From Phoronis australis (Eukaryota > Animalia > Phoronida): a stretch of 64,000 nucleotides of DNA. This document shows positions 14,101 through 29,200 of this stretch, one piece after another. The stretch covers positions 248,001 to 312,000 of the forward strand of contig NMRA01000449.1 in assembly GCA_002633005.1 (NCBI GenBank), in the 5' to 3' direction. Numbering within the stretch: position 1 is the first letter of the stretch; every line of letters begins with the position of its first letter. The position numbers were made by a program, and so were the translations under genes. Below the pieces are notes generated by a model. That model was not told where the DNA came from and did no database searches. It saw only the letters and a program-made list of their open reading frames with translations.

Positions 14101-17100
14101 TAGTTATTACTGGTGTCATTGTTCACTTGTTATTCAGCACTTGTGCTTCCATGTGTCACGACTGGGTTTGTATAAACAAAGTGCATAGGGGAAAATTTTT
14201 AATGGGTGTTTATTTTCTTAACAATAGTGTCTTTAATTATAGCATGTACGATCAATAATCTTTGTCTTACAGTGTTGAGGGAGCGAATTGTGCGTTTAAG
14301 GCATAATGAGTTTTGGTGTCAGTAATAAACAACTTGCAGAAGTGTCTTGTTGATAATGATGAAGAGAACTGACACTTCTATGTGGTAGCAGTATCATTCA
14401 GAATATAAATACTTCACGTAAAATAGTCATCTTATGACTGATTCCAAGAGTTTCTACAAACGTGTGTTGACAACGTAGTCACCCAGTCTAGTCCGTTTGT
14501 ATTCCACTGTTGGAAGGGAGAAGGGGTCGTTTATTGACAAATCATACCTTCCAATTGTCAAACATAGTGAACAAGTAAGTGCTGCCAGTTGATCTTCATG
14601 AGAAGGATACTTAGGTTCTTGAGTTCGAAAAGTAATTTTTGCATCGCAAATTGCTTTTTCATACTTCAATAGTAAGCAAGTTGTGTGGACCTCTATCTTT
14701 TTTCTTGCGTAGTGTGTTCCTGTGGAGGGTAAACGAATGGAGCGTGGTGCTTACCGTTGTGAGTGTAAACAGGGTTACGAGTACCCATTCATTGAAAATG
14801 CATGGTTCTACGATGGCCAACAACTGGAAAAGGAATATGAAAAGCAGGTGAAGGGAGAGGTCAGCAAGTAAGTAGTCCCAAAATGAGGCTGTATTGGTCA
14901 CGTGGAAACTAATGTTTCTGTGTGTGAGTATTGAAAGATGGGATTTATATTGTCTTTGGACTGGGTCACATCAAACCTAACATTTTGATAAAATGGATTA
15001 GAAACAAGCATAATAGGGCAAGTTTGGCCAAAGCATACCTCGAATGTAACGCTTTTTGTGGGATTGTTGAATGCTTTGCTGATTCCCACTTTGTTTTGTC
15101 ACGTTTTTGAGGTTGTACTTTCTTGGTGTGACAGCCTATAGTAGTTAAACATTTGTTAGATGAATTTTCTTTCATTCATATATAAATTTCATGTCGTGGT
15201 GACTGTTGTGTTTGTGTCTAAAGTACAGAACTGACAAATATCTTCTCACTGAAATTAATAGACTTCAGAGAAAGAAGCATTTTTGTATTTTATGGTTTAT
15301 CGAGTAGAATATTGAGTTTGTGAGGGATGGAGAGGGGCAATTGGAATAAAAATTGTGGGTGGTTGTATTTGGAATAAATAATAATACCACATTCTTGTAA
15401 AAATGAACTAGTACTGGCTGTTGGTGCTCTTTTTGTCCACTAATTTGTTGCAATGGGCGTTGCACATCACAAGGTTCATGTTTTCGGTACTAAATTTTCA
15501 TACATGATAGCAACGAATTCATGTCTAGCTACAGTCCATTTCACAGGTGGTAACTCTGAATGGTCCCCACTGGTTGGGTTCTGGGTAGTTCAAAGCACAA
15601 GTGCGTTTACTTTAAATCACCAGCTTGTTGTGATAATGACTGACTACATTGTGTAGACACAGTATGACTGTTAGTGATAATGACTGACTACACTATGTAG
15701 ACACAGTATGACTGTTGGTGATAATGACTGACTACACTATGTAGACACAGTATGACTGTTAGTGATAATGACTGACTACACTATGTAGACACAGTATGAC
15801 TGTTAGTGATAATGACTGACTACACTGTGTAGACACAGTCGACTGAGCTTTTAATTGCAATGTCTCAACTAGAGTTCTTCTTAATCCTCTAAATACCCTG
15901 AAGTGAGCAGCAGTTTATTGACATGTTTGTCAAGATGAGAATGAACAACCATCAGTATTTCGAGATCACTCTGTATCAAGTGGAATATTTGTACTAACTG
16001 TTGCATTAATATGAAAAAGTGCCGAACAGTATTTGACTGTTTTGTGCACCTGAGAGCTCAGTGGTTGGCAAGATCAATATGCAATTTGAGTATTTTAAGA
16101 AACCAAACATTTTTAAGCGCCCACATGTTTATATTAGGATGCATTATGCTGTTATCTCTGTCCGTCCGGGCGGCGTCTGTCCGGTGTCCGGCGTCCGCTG
16201 CTCTATCTCCAAAACCGATTGACGTATGCCCATGAAAGTTTGCACATGTGTTCCTTTCATGGATAGGACGGCATGAGCGAACTTTCGGACGAATCCGACT
16301 ACCGGTGTGCCCCCTAGTGGCAATTTTAGTTTTTTACGTTTACCTCTATTTTCAAAGATCTTCAAGGTATTTTCATGAAATTTGGTATATAGGCATCTAT
16401 TAATGAAACGATGACATCCTCCCGTTTCCCGTAGTTTGCACCACCTATTGGCCATTTTTACTGTTTTCAAGTCCACCCCTCTATCAACCAAACCGCTCTA
16501 AGCATGATTGTGAAAATTGGCATGTATGTTCTTACTTTGAAGAGGACGGTTGACAATGATTTTCCGACTTCAAATACTGTGGCGCCTCCTAGTGGCAGTT
16601 TTGTTTGTTTTTTTGCGCCTATGGCTTTATCTCCTAAACCGTTTTGCAGCATCTTTTCTGAGTTTAGTGGGTGCATTTATATGATGTTGACAATGGATGA
16701 CGACGACTTTTGGACAGATCTGACTACTGGTGTGCCACCTAGTGACAATTTTATTGTTTACGTTTCCCTCTGTATCTTCAAAGGTCTTCAACGTATATTC
16801 ATAAAATTTGGCGTGCAGGCTTCCGTTAGTGAGGTGACGCCATCTTTCCATTTTCAGATGTATTCGACCTAATTTGCGCCACGTAGTGGCCATCTTTACT
16901 GTTTTCAAGTTGTTTTTTGGCGTCCACCCCTCTATCATCCAAATCATTCTAAGGATGGCTTTGAAAATTGGCGTATGTGTTCTCAGTGTGGAGGGGACAG
17001 TTGATGATGACAACTTTGACTACTCTGGTGCTTCCTAGTGGTAGTTTTGTTTTGTTTTGCGCCCATAGCTGTGTCTCCTAAACCCACTGGAGGATCTTTA

Positions 17101-17866
17101 TTAAATTTAGTAAGTACATTTATATGAAGCGAACAACAGACAATGACGAATTTCAGGTGGATTCAATGAACACTGTGCCCCCTAATGGCAATCTCATTTT
17201 ATTCTGTTTTACTGTGTTTCTCTGAAGTTCCTTGGCGGATTTCTATGAAATTTGGAATTTGGTGTATGGCTTTCTATTAAAGAAGCAATGACATGTTCCC
17301 ATTTTGGGACAGATTGTATGTTTTTGCGTCATCTAGTGCCCATTTTATGACTCAAATAAATAACCCTAAAAGTACACCATTTGCGACGCATTCATGGGCG
17401 CATTTTAACGCTCCGCATTGCTCTGGTTTAAATGTGGGTGGTTGCTCTGCAAAGTAATTGAAAAAGTGTCTTCCCCCTCCCATATGGAACTTACGACAAC
17501 TGCTGTTATTGTCCTATGATGTGCATTCTATGCTTTACAATTTCCGACAAATTTGTCGAAGGAAAGTGACTGCATGGATTTTGTCCTCTTGAAAACTAGT
17601 CGATGAAAAGTCAACTGATCAGTGCGTGCAGTCACTATAAATTTGACAATGTTTATTTAATTAATTTGAGCACATATGTTAAAACTTTGCCTGCCTATGG
17701 CTACCTATAGACTTCATTTTAGTTGTCGTCTTATTTTAAGTCAAACTTTGTTTTCTTTATTAGGTTCGAGTACATGAAGTGCCGCACCGCAGGCGCACTT
17801 GGTCTATCTGCAACATGGATCTTGACTGGCCTGTCTTTGGTTGTCTTTACCTTTCTCTCACGCTGA
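5152..17866 (+). CDS. Tandem GPR158/GPR179-like ectodomain protein (2x Cache-like + EGF-like), secreted/GPI-anchored, no 7TM; paralogue A, ~923 aa
   Basis: Exons 5152-6092, 6538-6664, 7819-7984, 9142-9338, 10002-10373, 10846-11249, 12590-12778, 13972-14089, 14713-14867, 17764-17866. All introns are GT-AG and phase-compatible (2772 nt total). Signal peptide MKWSLVVTGLLVCLPTVWSA. GPR158-type motifs occur twice: FTQPYFDC..WLVSAVAP / WTSPYFLC..WVMSYVVP; DINPC / GVVKVDVKLSYLDINQC; GFARGSYECVCRPGY / GAYRCECKQGYEYP. Hydrophobic C-terminus TAGALGLSATWILTGLSLVVFTFLSR*. The exon 4 donor could alternatively be at 9207. Confidence 0.85.
8233..8527. repeat. Minisatellite, 58 bp x ~5
   Basis: ACTTTGGTAATGATGATCCAGTGTAAAAGTGCTTTCAGTATTCATTACTAGGTGTCTC repeated. 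Confidence 0.95.
15630..15845. repeat. Minisatellite, 44 bp x ~5
   Basis: GTGATAATGACTGACTACACTATGTAGACACAGTATGACTGTTA repeated. Confidence 0.95.
16110..17430. mobile_element. HINE/DINE-1-like (Helentron-associated) interspersed element
   Basis: Starts TTTTTAAGCGCCC, followed by a GTCC-rich microsatellite-like tract and internal tandem units containing CCCCTAGTGGC; ends CATGGGCGCATTTT. Related fragments lie at ~11750-11850, 13300-13790, 20500-20800 and 59800-60250. Confidence 0.55.
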
Positions 17867-20112
17867 TACCATGGATCTGGGACACTGATAGGGGATGGAA
17901 TGCTGGTTCTCACTGACCTTTTCACAGATAGAATGAAACAACATATGCGCAATGGATTGTTTGGAAATCAAGCAGCTGTTTTCAACTATCGATAAAAAGA
18001 TCCATTGTCTCAGTATTTAGCAGGCATATATTGAGTGGTTCTGTTTATTTTACTAATAGGTGGTTGTGATGCTGTATGTTTGAAGGTTAAAGACCATGCG
18101 TAGCGTCCTAGAAAATGTTTTGTTGTTAAAAATCTCTGCATCGTGTTTTGATTTAATTTTTATACAGTATTGCTTGTGTTTGACTTTCAACTTGCATTAC
18201 AACTATCTCACCATTTTCTAATTTGGGTCACCCCAACTGTTTTCTGCCCAGACAATGTGGTGGTTAAATGATTTGTATATACATCGGGACACATTCCATT
18301 TGCAAAATATGACATTCCCTTGAATCGAATTTGAAAAAATATTGTTTAATATGGTAATGTATATGAAGTTTTTTGCTTATGATCTGTTTATAAAGTAGCC
18401 ATATTCCACATGCTATACTGCAGTTTAAATTTTCAGGAGAACTGATTGGCTGTGAAATGTGGTAGTGTACATATTAGTTCAGCATGTCTTGTATGGTCAT
18501 GATCCATTTCATGCTAAATGCTAATGGTTTGTTAGGTGTGTTTTCTCATTAAACGAACCAGTGTAAGTGTGTTGATGAATGTTGTTGATTACATTGTTTT
18601 ATGCCGCTAATTTTTACTTTTAATGTCTACCTTGCGCTTGAAGTTTCAGACCGGAGGGCAATTTCTTGGAGGTTGTGAAAATGGGTTGTTATTCCACTCA
18701 AGTTTTGTTTGCCGTGACATAGTGCATGGATATTTCAGTTCGTTGCAGAGAATGTGGAATTGTTAAGAGTATTTACTTCACATTTAAAAATGTCTAAACA
18801 TTAATGTTCTCTTGTTGTATGCATGCATTACCTGTAAACATTTTAGGATCATCAAATTTATCTGGATCACTAATGTAGTGTTTTTACTGTGTTTTTTCAA
18901 ATGCGTTTTTCACATTCCGCTGTATATGTATATATATATTAATATCTTATACATTATTAGACCAAACATTCCTTTTCATCGTATCTTGTAGATTTTTATG
19001 CGGAAATAAAATTAATATATAATCTAGATTCTTTTCATTACACAGTAATGATGACAAATATGACTCTAAAGCTCCATAACACCAATTTGAAGGTCGAAAG
19101 TTCATTAAACTATAATAAGTGGATGCTGAACATTCCTTTACCTCGGTCCGAGTGACCTGGTCTGTTCTCGCTTTACCTCGGTCCGAGTGACCTGGGCTGT
19201 TCTCTATTTCACAACTAATAGTCCCCATAAACATGGCTGCTTGAGTAACGTTGATGCAACTTGGCGAATTCGGAATCCTGTGTTTATTCTGACGTTCCAA
19301 ATTCACGCTAAGTCAACTAACCAACCAACCAAAGTAAGGCAATCTTATAGAATATGTTGCGGAGTATAACCTTTTGATACGTTGCTAATACATACTATAA
19401 TTTTTCATACTAGTGCCCACGTTTTACAGTACGCGCACCCAACTGTTCAATGTGTGCAGCTTCTCTCTTGAGTTGCAAGTAAAGCAGACTTCACTGAGTC
19501 AGTCGGTACTGTGAAAACCGCGCTGAGAAAATGTCCAATCGTTCATCTGGAAATAAGGTAATAATGCTACGATTGGTTAAAAATGTGTTGCCTATATACG
19601 AGAATTATTCCAAGTATCAGCCAATCAAAAGTGGCCATCAAGAGGATTATTGGCCACAAAAATGCAAAAACAGTGGTTCAATCACGGCGTGTACTGAAGT
19701 CAGCGGTGAAAAGGCCACAATAGCGGTAGAAAATAATCTATGTTTCTGCATGGGTTTATGAGTAAGAGAAATGTTTCTAATGCTTTAAAATTGTAGGAAA
19801 ACAAGACAAGGGCCGGATTTGGTGGGGAAACGTTGCACAAGCTCGTCTTTTATGAGTAATATTGTGCACACTGACGTACGTCATACGGAAATTGACGAAT
19901 GGAGTGAAAAATAGATACGAGGTATTTTCTGCCAAATCCGACCATCTTTCTTTAAAAAAGAAACATGATTACAAGAAATGTTTTTCTCTAGCGTAAAACA
20001 TGATGACGTATACACGGAACATTAAATTTCCAACCTCACCCGCTGTGACAGTGTACAAAAGACTTCTCTGAGCGCCGTATTTTTAGTTGGCAGCAATTAT
20101 CGTATCCAGAAA

Positions 20113-20186
20113 CATTGGTGGCCCACCATAGGGGTCTGGGGGTGGAGCTATAGTTCCTCACTTATTTCAGTGTTGCGTCGCCCATG
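20113..20186. mobile_element. ~74-bp mini element (monomer), 5-bp TSD AGAAA
   Basis: CATTGGTGGCCCACC...TGCGTCGCCCATG flanked by AGAAA on both sides; homologous to the copies at 38702 and 40459. Confidence 0.65.
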
Positions 20187-23100
20187 AGAAAGCACATTTT
20201 AACAATCATGTCGTTCTCACCTTGAATTCCAGGTGAACAACTGCACATTTTGGCATTATTTTTTCACAACATTGACACTCGGAGAATTGTCTTGCCTGTC
20301 ACTCAGGCAAAAGGTTGCACGCACCGAAATTTGACAGCTCGTAAAGTCAAACGCACATACTAATATGAAAATATCATTATGGAATGTACAGTATTATTTG
20401 TGCCAAATGAAGTAGATCATGCTCCAAAACTGATAACAGTATTTTGGTTGACTGACTGTCTTGTAATACCACAATAAGCGTGGAATTTCGAATTCGCTCA
20501 AACAACCTGACTACTAATTTCATGTAAACCGTCGGGGATTATTACCGTATTGCCGCGCCTTCAGGCCTATGAACGAAATAATGCTTTTTTGCGACCTTTG
20601 TTACTCAGTGGTTTCCCATATAGGCATAGGCACTGTCCCCCGCATAGACCCATACATTAGTTCGCGTATGTACGCACCCGTTTTGACTTCCGTGGTGCCT
20701 CCTGATGGCAATTTTTGTGTTTCCTCTATATCCTTGGAGTTCATTGGCTCATTTTCAAGAAATATAGTAAAATGCTTTATTTAATAAAGTATTGCCGCGC
20801 CTTTAGACCCATGGGCTTTTTCTGAAATAGTGTATGTATATTTCGCGGCCTTTTTTACCGGCCAATGCGTTATTACAGAAATTGGCTATTGTGAATGAAA
20901 AGGCGACAGGTTCCACTTGACTATGTATACGCTTGAAAGCTTGTTAACGTCTTTTTAACTTAATTCCAAAATTGAGTGAACCTTGAGTTCCAAGTTGGCG
21001 CATACATGGTCAAGTTCGATTTCAGTTCAAGTGCGTCAGTCAGAGAGTAGACAATGTAACAACTGATTACTTTGAAGTATGCAAAAACGATTGAAGGCGT
21101 ATTTCGAACGCGATGAAAATGGAAGAAATAGAGACCATTGCAAAGACACCAGTGAGTATACAGAGGGTCTTAAAGTTTGGCTGGATAGCCTAAACATTTC
21201 CATTCATTTTAAAATATGGTGAGCATAGGGTTTTCGTTACACAATGTCGTACGGAAACTGACGAGTATTACATCGAATGAATATATTTCCATAAGTCACA
21301 CTGCTATCCACATTCATCGTTTCGCCCTTAAGATTTTAATCTAACCAAAGAAGTCGGTCTTTTTACTTTTACCAATCAGACTTAACTATGTAGCACGATC
21401 ATGCCTTTTCAGTAAAATTTATCAAAAAGAAAGATGCACTGATAGCAAAACAGCGGTATCGGTCATTAAGAAGATAAAATTTTATTGAATATAAATGTTC
21501 AAGATGAAATCTCAAAAATGCTATTTCAGTTTTCTAAGTTTTGTTTGCGTTTTCATAAAAATTAGGAGTCTTATTTTTATAGCCCCTCCTGCAAAAATTG
21601 GAAAATTTTAAACTAGTGCCTAACAGCGTTTGGGAGAACAGTACATAAATTATGATATGCATGAATGAAATTGATGAGTCATTTGTGCGATATCATGTTC
21701 CAAAATTAGAGAAATTTGACAATTTTCGTGGATCTTACACCACTTTGACTGTTAAGTAACATTGATGCTGTAAAAACACGAAATAAACACTATTTGTAAA
21801 CTTTTTGCTTTGCGATTGGAATTCACAAATGTTCGATGAAAGTCAGACTCTATGGCTTGTCCCGGTGTCTATTCCTCTTATCGTAAAGGCTACCATAATG
21901 TTTTTTCAGCGACAGGCTCTATTCCTTTTCGTTCTTGTTGTTGGCCTGCATTGAAAGGGCACCAAGTGCAAAGTGAAAACATTTTTAACGCTTTCGCACG
22001 CAGCCAATGTTTGTGGGCCAAAGAGTGCGGAGTACAACTGTGTTTACGTGTACCCGCGAGCGCCTTGACTTAGACTTACTACCTAGCTTGATTGACTCGT
22101 CGGAACTATGCATTAGCTCAGCAGTTTTTGAAAAGAATTGCCACACAGAAACATTTGAGGAACTTACAAAAATTTGCAGCTGCGTGAACTATTTCCAAAA
22201 ATCAACATTCGCACGCAAATAAACTTTTCAAGGCTACTGCACCTTGCGACATCTTGAGTATTGCATTTGCTCTCTTTAAATTTCATGTTGGCGTTGACGA
22301 GTAATGAATCAATGTGACAATATGCCCTGGAAATCCCGGCTCAGGAAAACACCTCGGAAATCTCAGTTAACTGATAAATTTACGACTTCAGGAAGCAGCA
22401 GAATTGAAAGCGAATTGTCAAAAGCATGCGGTCACTATAGTCTAATAAAACATTTAAAATATGACTGAAGAATGACCTATGGTATGTGTTTCTATATGTA
22501 TAATGTATTTGCAGTTGAATTATCCCAACTTGGATTTCTTTTTTTGAAACTTTCCCTCTGCATTAGTACTTTCGCCGGGTTAACTTATCGCGTGAGAGTT
22601 TGAGAGCGCGCTTCTGGAAGAATTGCAGCAGGCGCTAATATTCATATCATTCAACCCTAATTGCGTAAATGTTTTTGTCAGAAATTCTTCATGAAATCAT
22701 TGGTTTGGTTTTATGGTTAATGAAATTCAGGGAAACATCCCACAAGTAGAATTTAAGACTTGATACACCTTTGACCTTGGTGGTTGTAGGGCTATTTTTT
22801 CGGCGATTTTTTGGTGCTCCCTCAATTAGGCGCACGGTGTGACCTCGTTTTACATGTAAAGACACATCCTGGCTGACCCTGTTTAAAAAGTCTGTCTCTA
22901 CATGTGGTCAGATTTCTTTACCCATATAATCCCCGTAATATTCGATCGGTTACACTTACAAAGTCATGAAAAATGACGTATCACTACGATAATATGTCTA
23001 CTTCGCACAAGGTTATACTTACTGTGTGTTGTTACGTAATTGGTTGCCTTTTGTTCCTCCAAAACGCCACAACAGGTTATGAAACGAGTGCGTCTGTACC

Positions 23101-23206
23101 CGAAGGCAGGTTGTTGCTATAGCATTCAAAGGAAGCACAGTCTCTTTGCGAGAAAAGACGTGATTCAAATCAGTTTCAGTCGTTCGAGTCGGTGCATAGT
23201 TTCAAA

Positions 23207-26200
23207 ATGAAGACCTTCGTTTTGTTGTTGTTTATAGTAGCATCGAAGACCTCTTGTGAATTAAAAAGTGGGCCGTTTGACTGGCTGCAGCGAGACAACT
23301 TTGACTTGTTGAATTCAAAGCTGACCAAGGTTACTGCAAAGAACTGCCAGCGACAATCTGTGGGTGACCTGCTCATGCCGCCAGAGAGTGTAACCATGAC
23401 GCCACGTTCAAATCTGTTGTTGGACGTTAACACTCGCGTTTTCCGGAACCGTACGTGTTTGCTGACGCTACACAATCTTGCTCTTGGCAGGAGTTTTTTC
23501 TTGAGTTATATCTTTAAAATTACTAACCGAACAGACAACTTCTGGATGCAGCCTGGAGGGTCATACCTCTATTCGAGAATGGGGACTCTCGTTACGGCAT
23601 TTCCCGGCTGTATTAACAGCACAAGCTTAATTTTTGACGCAAACATGACTTATCCAAATTGGCTTAGTGACGTTTCTTTGAACAGCACCATTCCATTTTT
23701 TGGTGTCACAGCTGTGCGGAACGCGCACATGATGAAAAACAGATTTTCCGGCAAAGGACCGCCGCAATTTTTAATACTCGTTCGAGATAGAGGCATTGGT
23801 TCCTCCAAAAATTATACCAGAAATCCCATGCCATGGTACACCACTTGGCTACCAGATAGGTCAAAAGTTACTGATGAAACAAAGGGGTCGTATACAGTCA
23901 GCATCAAATATTCAGTTGCGCCTGGAAAATGGAATGACGAATTTCAGAGCCACACATTTTTCGGACCTCCCTTAACTCGTCTTCAGGATAATGTCAATTT
24001 ACCGGTGAAGTTCACCCAGCCGTATTTTGACTGCGGCTACAAGAATGAATGGTTGGTGTCTGCCGTTGCTCCTGTCGTAGACGCTGTACCGAGATACCGA
24101 AGATATCAAGATATTCTTGAGTTCGGCGAAACACCTCACAGGTAATGCAAACACGATTAACATTGTACCTACTTCAATAATGCTTTGCAATAATTCTCCG
24201 TGGCAATGACTTTGCGATCATCATCTTCATAACGTTGTAAAAATCCTAGAAATAACGTTGTTTTTTATTAGTAATGGCGGTTTAAATGGGGGGGGGGTAC
24301 ATTTGCGCTTACGGGTTCCTGTACGACATCGGGCACACTGTTTCTATACAAATCTCCAATCGTCGTCACGACTATAACATTAAGATTACAGATCGCAACT
24401 TCTGTTTCATGGTCAAGCTGGCCAGCAAAACAATACAGTTGTGCCAACAACTAACTGTGGAATTGTCTAATCCGTTGCCTCGTAATTGCACTTTGTTCCA
24501 CGTGTTTACGTGACAGGCTCCAAAACACGTCACTTGGAAGAGCTGGTCAGTGCAACGACACTATTATTTGCTTGTTTCATGGCATTGCTTGATACTGCGT
24601 GACATAGCATTAAATAGAATCGGAATTGAAAGCATGGGGTGGCATTGAAGAATATATAGCTATCGTATTTGATACGTAAATAAACACAAGCCCTCTGTAG
24701 CTGATGGAAAGGATCAACAATATCGCCCTTCCCAGAACATTAATGCTTTTAAATATGGTCTGACATGAGATTTTGTCATGGCCATTTATACGTTACTTTT
24801 TAAGAATTTCAAGACCCAGAAGCCTACTAGCAGTCGTCAACAAAAACTGTCCTTTGAAAATATAAATTCAAGTCAGAAACCACAGAAGTGAGCCACCGTA
24901 ATGCTTGAGGTTTCACTTTTGCTTGTAGCATTATCCCAATAAAAAGTCCTTGACGTAGGAGTGAACTTTGAGGAAAGTCGCTATTCAAATAAATAAAAAT
25001 ATGAATACGATTTTTGTCAATTTGAGAAACTAACTATTTAAGCAGTAAATGGTGTCTGATGCAATTCCGACATATCTATGTTATTCATTCGCCGGAAACT
25101 CTATTACACAGTCATTTACATCTGACTTAGATGCACAAACCTTCAAAATCTAAGTCCAGCTCAGACAGTAAATATTTGCTTTAATTAGGCAGATAACACG
25201 CGTATGATCTTCCTCAGGCAAATAATATCCTCGTGGGATCTTTTAACGCTGAGAAAAAGCTTTTTCTCGACGACAATGCAACAGGAAACTTTACACGCTA
25301 GATATTTCTCCTACACGTAAATCTTTAAAAAAAATAGTGGCAGACGGTTCGGTACACGTTGTGCCAAACTTGAGCAAGCCGCTCATGTGGACCTAATGCA
25401 CTTCCTATCTGGAACCACTTTATTGCCTGACTAATATGTAGTTAAAACTGAGCTGAGGACTGTTAGAGGCCTGACACAAAGGTCTAGCAGTGTGGCCCAG
25501 GGGTACTCGAACCCACGACCTTGAGTAAAGAAAGTAGACTCTTATAATAATAGGCCATACTCACTCGAGTCAGTTACTCAGCGTGTGGGTAACATGTGCC
25601 CCTTTTCCAATCATTGAGAACGCATTATCACAGTCACCAGATGACAAAATGTCAGCACCCACTCCAAAGGAGAATACGTAGGATAAAAAGAACCAACTCT
25701 GAACTACCAAGTTTTGTTTTTAACCGTTGTTGTCACTGAAGTAGACAAAGTTTCGATGCAACAATTTTATGTAGTGATGTAGTCACGCACAACGTCACGT
25801 GACAAACGTTCAAAAAGAAAAGAAGAGGAAGATGTTTGTGCGAGTCTTTTTGAGGATTATGTGTTGATTTTTTCCCTAATTTTGGATCTGGAGAGTCTTT
25901 TACTTTTTGTTTCCAGAAGGGTATGAAGCTACAAGTTGTAAAGAATGTAACCTTTTCCTTTTGTCCGCTATAGTCGAGATTTTCCTTTCTTTTGATTTGT
26001 GTTATATCACAGTGTGTTGTACTTAGTTTTAATCTTCGAATTTAAATACATCAAACACTTTTAGAATCAACCATGTCTGGAATTTCGCTGGCACAAAGTC
26101 CGGTAACATAATGAACCTTTATTCCAGGTTGAAACAGATATCCCTACTTTTTTTGTTGTTTGTTGTTGTTTTTGTCACTTCGTGTGACCCAGAATGACGC

Positions 26201-29200
26201 TTCATTTGAGTTCTTTGACAAAGGATTTATTGTATGGGCGTTAAACAAATTTCATTCTTGTCCATTTTCGGAATGGGGCAGAACCACTGAGTTGGGTAAA
26301 TCCGCCTATATTATGTATGTGTCGCTGCTGCATTTGTGATAACTTCTATACCAGAACGAACGCATACCGTGAAGTTTGATGGTAACTTTCCTTGCTGGGC
26401 ACACAGTTTACCGAGATGAGGTGCCCATTCAATACGGCGTGAACTCATTGTACAGACATCACCTCGCGATCTCCTTAAAAAGGTGCTTTTCACTTAGAGT
26501 TGATTCCAAAATACATGAGATTACATCAGTAACAGAAACCTACGAGGACACGATGTACGTTTGTTGGTAGGAATTGTTTTGAATACTAATAGTGCACCTT
26601 ACGTTTTTCTCCTCACCATAAAGGACTCTTGAAGCAGCACACGTTACTTTTAAGCTATAGCAAAGAGGAGCAGACGTGGATTTCTGTCAATTTGAAATCA
26701 TTGGACTAGAATTCGATGGGTTGTTTTTAAACACTGTTTCAGATTTGTTGGAATAGTGAAAATTGATACAGACTGGCAGACTATTGACCATAACCCTTGT
26801 AAGGAGGGACCGGGTAACCCTGGCCCGAGTATGTTAGCTGGGATAGCAAGATGTAAACCAACTACGATGGTAGGTGTACATGTATTTATTATCTTTTTAG
26901 AGATAATCATGTAGCAATATAAAGTCACTGAAACCATCTTCATCAGCGCCGACATCATTGTCACCATTGTCATAGTTGTTGTCGTCTTCATCGCCACTGT
27001 AATCCAGATATGCCCCTCCCCCTGGGGGCTGGTCGATAAGACGACGACTGGGGGCTGTCACGACTGGAGTACGGTGCAAATTAATCATAAGAGCCCAAGA
27101 ATCTTGTAGCTTAAGGATTCAAGAGATTTTAACCCGGTCCTGTTGCAGAAATAGCTTTCTTTGTACTTAGCTTAATGATCTTTCCAGCGTATTAAGCAAC
27201 TCAAAATATGTCTCAAACTCTGATATTGCATGACAACAACTTCCATGCCCAAACAAACCATTTTAATGTAGCTTATACATGTATATGCTACCATATTTAG
27301 TAAGGTTGAACACTCTTCAATGACAAGACGGCGATCTTTTGCTTCGTTTTGATGGAAAAAAACTATGCAAAACAATGCAAGAATTTTCAACTTTAGGCAC
27401 CACTTAAACCAGTGCATGGTTTATACACTGTAATATATTCGTAAATTTCAGTGTCAACCTTTGATTGGTATGGGCTTCAAAAGAGGGAGTTACGAATGCG
27501 TCTGTCGCCCTGGTTACCGTTATCCTTACTGGCAAGACGGACCGTACAAAGGAATCCACATTGAATCCGCCACGGAGGAAGAATACAAAAAGGGCTTTAA
27601 CTGTATTAAAATTGACAGTACGTTTTAACTAGATAGTTGAAACAATCACCTATCAAACACACTAAACTTTTAATTTCAAAGGTACGATTCGAAGATGGTA
27701 TATAATCCATTATACCACAATATTAGCGTCAAACAACCGTGTAATAACCCATAAAGTTATCTCACTAGTGAGATAACGATTTGGCGGGAAACCGAGGACG
27801 GGGTCGAACCCGGGACTCTGGAATTGCAGGTCGCCGGCTTAACCGCTACACCACGCAGCGACTGAAGTCACCAAGAGTGAAAATAGAATACTTAAATGAG
27901 CACGCGCAATAGTCCCATGTTCAACAAACCGCATTGTACTGTACTTATACGCTACGAAAAATAAGACACCTAATTTCCATAAAAATGATATCTTAATTCG
28001 GTGAAATTTTTCTCTCATGTCCTCCTACTTGTAAATCACTGATCTCCAGTTTGAATGAGGGTATCGTGTCGTCAGGATCTTTGACTTGAGAATTATATTC
28101 AGTTACCAGTGGTAACCTACATGTTCACAGCCGTTATCCCCCTTATCTAAAGCCATCGTGGATTTTTGGAGAATTATCACCCTCGGGGCTACCGCCCCTC
28201 GGGCGATAATTCTCCAAAACCCACTCGGGCTCTAGATAACGGGGGATAACGACTTCGCCATGCATGTAATAATCTATATTTATGAACCTGTACGTTTCTT
28301 GAAAACGATCAATCACTTTATCGAATTTTTAGTTGAGCTATTATTTTTTGTATCTAGTCCGAAGATAATTCAGTTTACACGAAGAAACCATTGCGCTCCG
28401 CAACGTTAATAAAAAATCACCTGCTACGTTTCCAATAATACAAAATTCAGATTTTGTACGATTTCCTTCACCTAAAGTATTGATCATGTTCATGTCAACC
28501 AAGCTAAATTTATGTTTCAGACAAGCGCGTCGTTCCCTCTGTGTACACCCGCCAGCAGTCGTCTAATGGACTAGAGGTAATGTCTGTAGATTTCTGTTCT
28601 ATGCTCCTAAAAGCCATGATTCGTTTAACTGAAAAGTCTTAATTGCCATTGTATTTGTATATGGACCGGTGGCCTTTGTGCTGTTGAAATAAACTCTCAA
28701 ATATCAAACGCCAGGGACTCATTTTGCAAATAGCTCTGTGGTCAGTTGAAGTAGGGCCAGATCTTACACATGACCTTCCACTGCAGTGTTTACTGAATCC
28801 GACCATGAGCCTTCAGTAGGTCATTCTGCTCAGAATTAGTGCTTGAAGAATAGGATCCTGGGGATTAAGAAGTCAAAGTGTTGTATAATTATGTTATTAT
28901 AGTGCAGAGTTTAATTGAACTGGACCATGAGAATTCAAAGATCCGTGATTTTCAACAGCCACGATTATTCAGCAGTTGGGGGCATTGTAGATGATGTTCA
29001 GCTACAGTGTTACCTAAGTCTGAGCATGAGAATACAGACGTCCTGGCGGTATTGTGATCTTCACCTGCTGTGTTTGTTGAATTCTGCCACTTATGTACTC
29101 ACAGTCCAAGTATTATATTTTATCTTCAGCTTTAGTGTTTAGTGAACCCAATCATGAGTATTGAAATGCCCCCAGAACGTACGTGTTGGAGTCCGATCAA

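Noticed and set aside
16144-17013. Several 115-128 aa ORFs on both strands
   Set aside because: They lie within a HINE-like repeat and show no recognisable protein motifs.
26897-27088. Acidic 63-aa minus-strand ORF (DEDDNNYDNGDND)
   Set aside because: Low-complexity intronic trinucleotide-like tract with no supporting gene structure.
27782-27860. Functional tRNA-Cys gene
   Set aside because: The acceptor stem does not pair; treated as SINE-like.
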